DNA of 64,000 bases from Curvularia clavata (Eukaryota), in assembly GCA_023920165.1 (NCBI GenBank), contig CP089276.1, positions 3,720,001 to 3,784,000 of the forward strand, given 5' to 3'. The position numbers and the translations under genes are program-made. Shown piece by piece: positions 62,540 through 64,000 of the stretch (positions are counted from its first letter, which is position 1; every line of letters begins with the position of its first letter). Below the pieces are notes generated by a model. It saw only the letters and a program-made list of their open reading frames with translations, was not told the origin of the DNA and did not search any database.

Positions 62540-64000
62540 GGTTGACAGTTCAGGGCGGTGATAGTTGGTGGGCTGATTCGAGTAAGGTTGATAAACAGAT
62601 CCTTGAGTGGAATATTCTGCAAGACGTGATCCACAGCAGCCTGGTCGGAATGGCGAGGCAAGTTGTCCGGGCCCCAGTGGATATCCCGCTCTCTTTCTGC
62701 AACACATGGTAAGCACTGTTGAGCTAGGAGATGGAACGACTACCAGCAGTATTTTTTTTATGGAAGCTCGCCAAAGTGAGACAGTTTATAACTTGAGAGC
62801 CCTACCTTTTTAACTGGCGTTGGCTCTATCTCTATGGTTCCCCGCAGTACTCGCCTGTCATGGATACCAGGAGAATTGATGTCAGGGTACAGTACTCTTC
62901 GTGCAGTTTGAATGGATGCTCAACGAGACAACAGGAAACAGTTGCTCCGTTCCCGTCGTTTTGTACAAGTTACGGCCGAATAATGGTGACGTAGGATGGT
63001 GTGGCGCAGCCTGTGGCTTTTTGATTGGCTCTTCTATGCTCGGCTATGCGAATGCGAGATGTTATGGCGACACAGCCTCAACTGCTGCGTGCAGGACCAT
63101 TGAAGACCGCACCCTTTTGCGATAGATTGAGTAGATAGCAGGTCGCATACGCAAGTTGGTCGAAAAGGGACGTAGACCTACATGGTCTAGCCGTCTTTCC
63201 TTGTGAGAAGGCCTAGGAGTAGCACTTCTGGCGTAACTTGCATACAATGTGTGGTAACTCTTACATCCAATGTTGCAGCTCCACCTCTTTCCTTTTCATC
63301 AGCGCTAGAGGAATCAAGCAGCACATGCATGTTCTGTGCTACTACCGTTTTTTTTTGATGGCCAGGCCTGTAAAAAAGTAGTAAAGCGTTGCCGCCAGCC
63401 TTTTCTGCACGGCCCATGCTTTTGTCAAACTAGGGTAATGGGCTATCTATGTTGCCCGGCGGCCATCTCCTCTGAACGAAGATCTTCTGCTAGGATATCG
63501 TTGATCATCCGATGTGTGGAATAGCCATCGATCCCTTTTACAAAAGAACATTTAGTTGCACACCATCCTAAGGCGCAAAGAAAGTAGAAGAGTGCGGATC
63601 CGGACAGACCGTGTCGGTGGTACAAGACGGAATGAAATTAGGGTCAAAGGATTACAGTGCAGTGCTAGCCTGGTGCTTACAAGGCTATGCAGTGGATTTC
63701 TACTCTCCAAGAGGACTAGGGGGCCAAAGTACTTGGGTTGCAACTGATTCACAGCGTTTTTGTGACCCCCCCTGGAAATTCAAGGGTAAATGTGATGGTA
63801 ATACTCTGAGTTATCCAATCAGAGGCGTGGTAAGGCATTGCTAGCACCTATAGCACACAGGCTGGGTGCTCTGACCAAGACGCCACTTCCATCATTCGCA
63901 AGACTGCGGTGGGATGGCGTTTGCCAGTCGTCCTGAGGCGCCGTGTGTGAATTTGCCAATACAAGAAGATTTGCACGACGGGTATAGGGATAAGCGGGGG

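Noticed and set aside
62600..64000. Short ORFs at the right end of the window
   Set aside because: No homology cues or gene structure. Treated as intergenic.

Overview
Eukaryotic, intron-containing DNA from a filamentous ascomycete. Short GT-AG introns with CTRAC branch points and the protein style suggest Dothideomycetes/Pleosporales, but this is inference. The window is a gene-dense segment with about 27 protein-coding genes. In order: ATG17 (partial), a LaeA-like methyltransferase, a CYP58-type P450, an SDR, EMC1, RSR1, grg1/ccg-1, a MARVEL protein, a Ure2-like GST, YAF9, an unannotated 95-aa two-exon gene, COQ11, RIO1, CRH1, a 4-TM protein, SLC1, a second SDR, TAL1, SOD1, a Red1-like zf-C3H1 protein, myosin II, a DUF6536 protein, a secreted Cys-rich protein, a nitroreductase, a hexose transporter and a small PY-motif protein. 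No rRNA, tRNA or CRISPR array was seen. The most notable hidden signals are: an in-frame alternative acidic C-terminal exon for myosin II; a 270-bp solo LTR with a perfect 5-bp TSD nested in RIP-like DNA beside an effector candidate; a long, motif-rich SOD1 intron 1; stacked alternative N-termini on the nitroreductase and GST; a GC-AG intron in YAF9; a 10-nt micro-exon in RSR1; and a stop-encoding NAGNAG acceptor. All gene names come from recognising motifs by eye; no database search was run.
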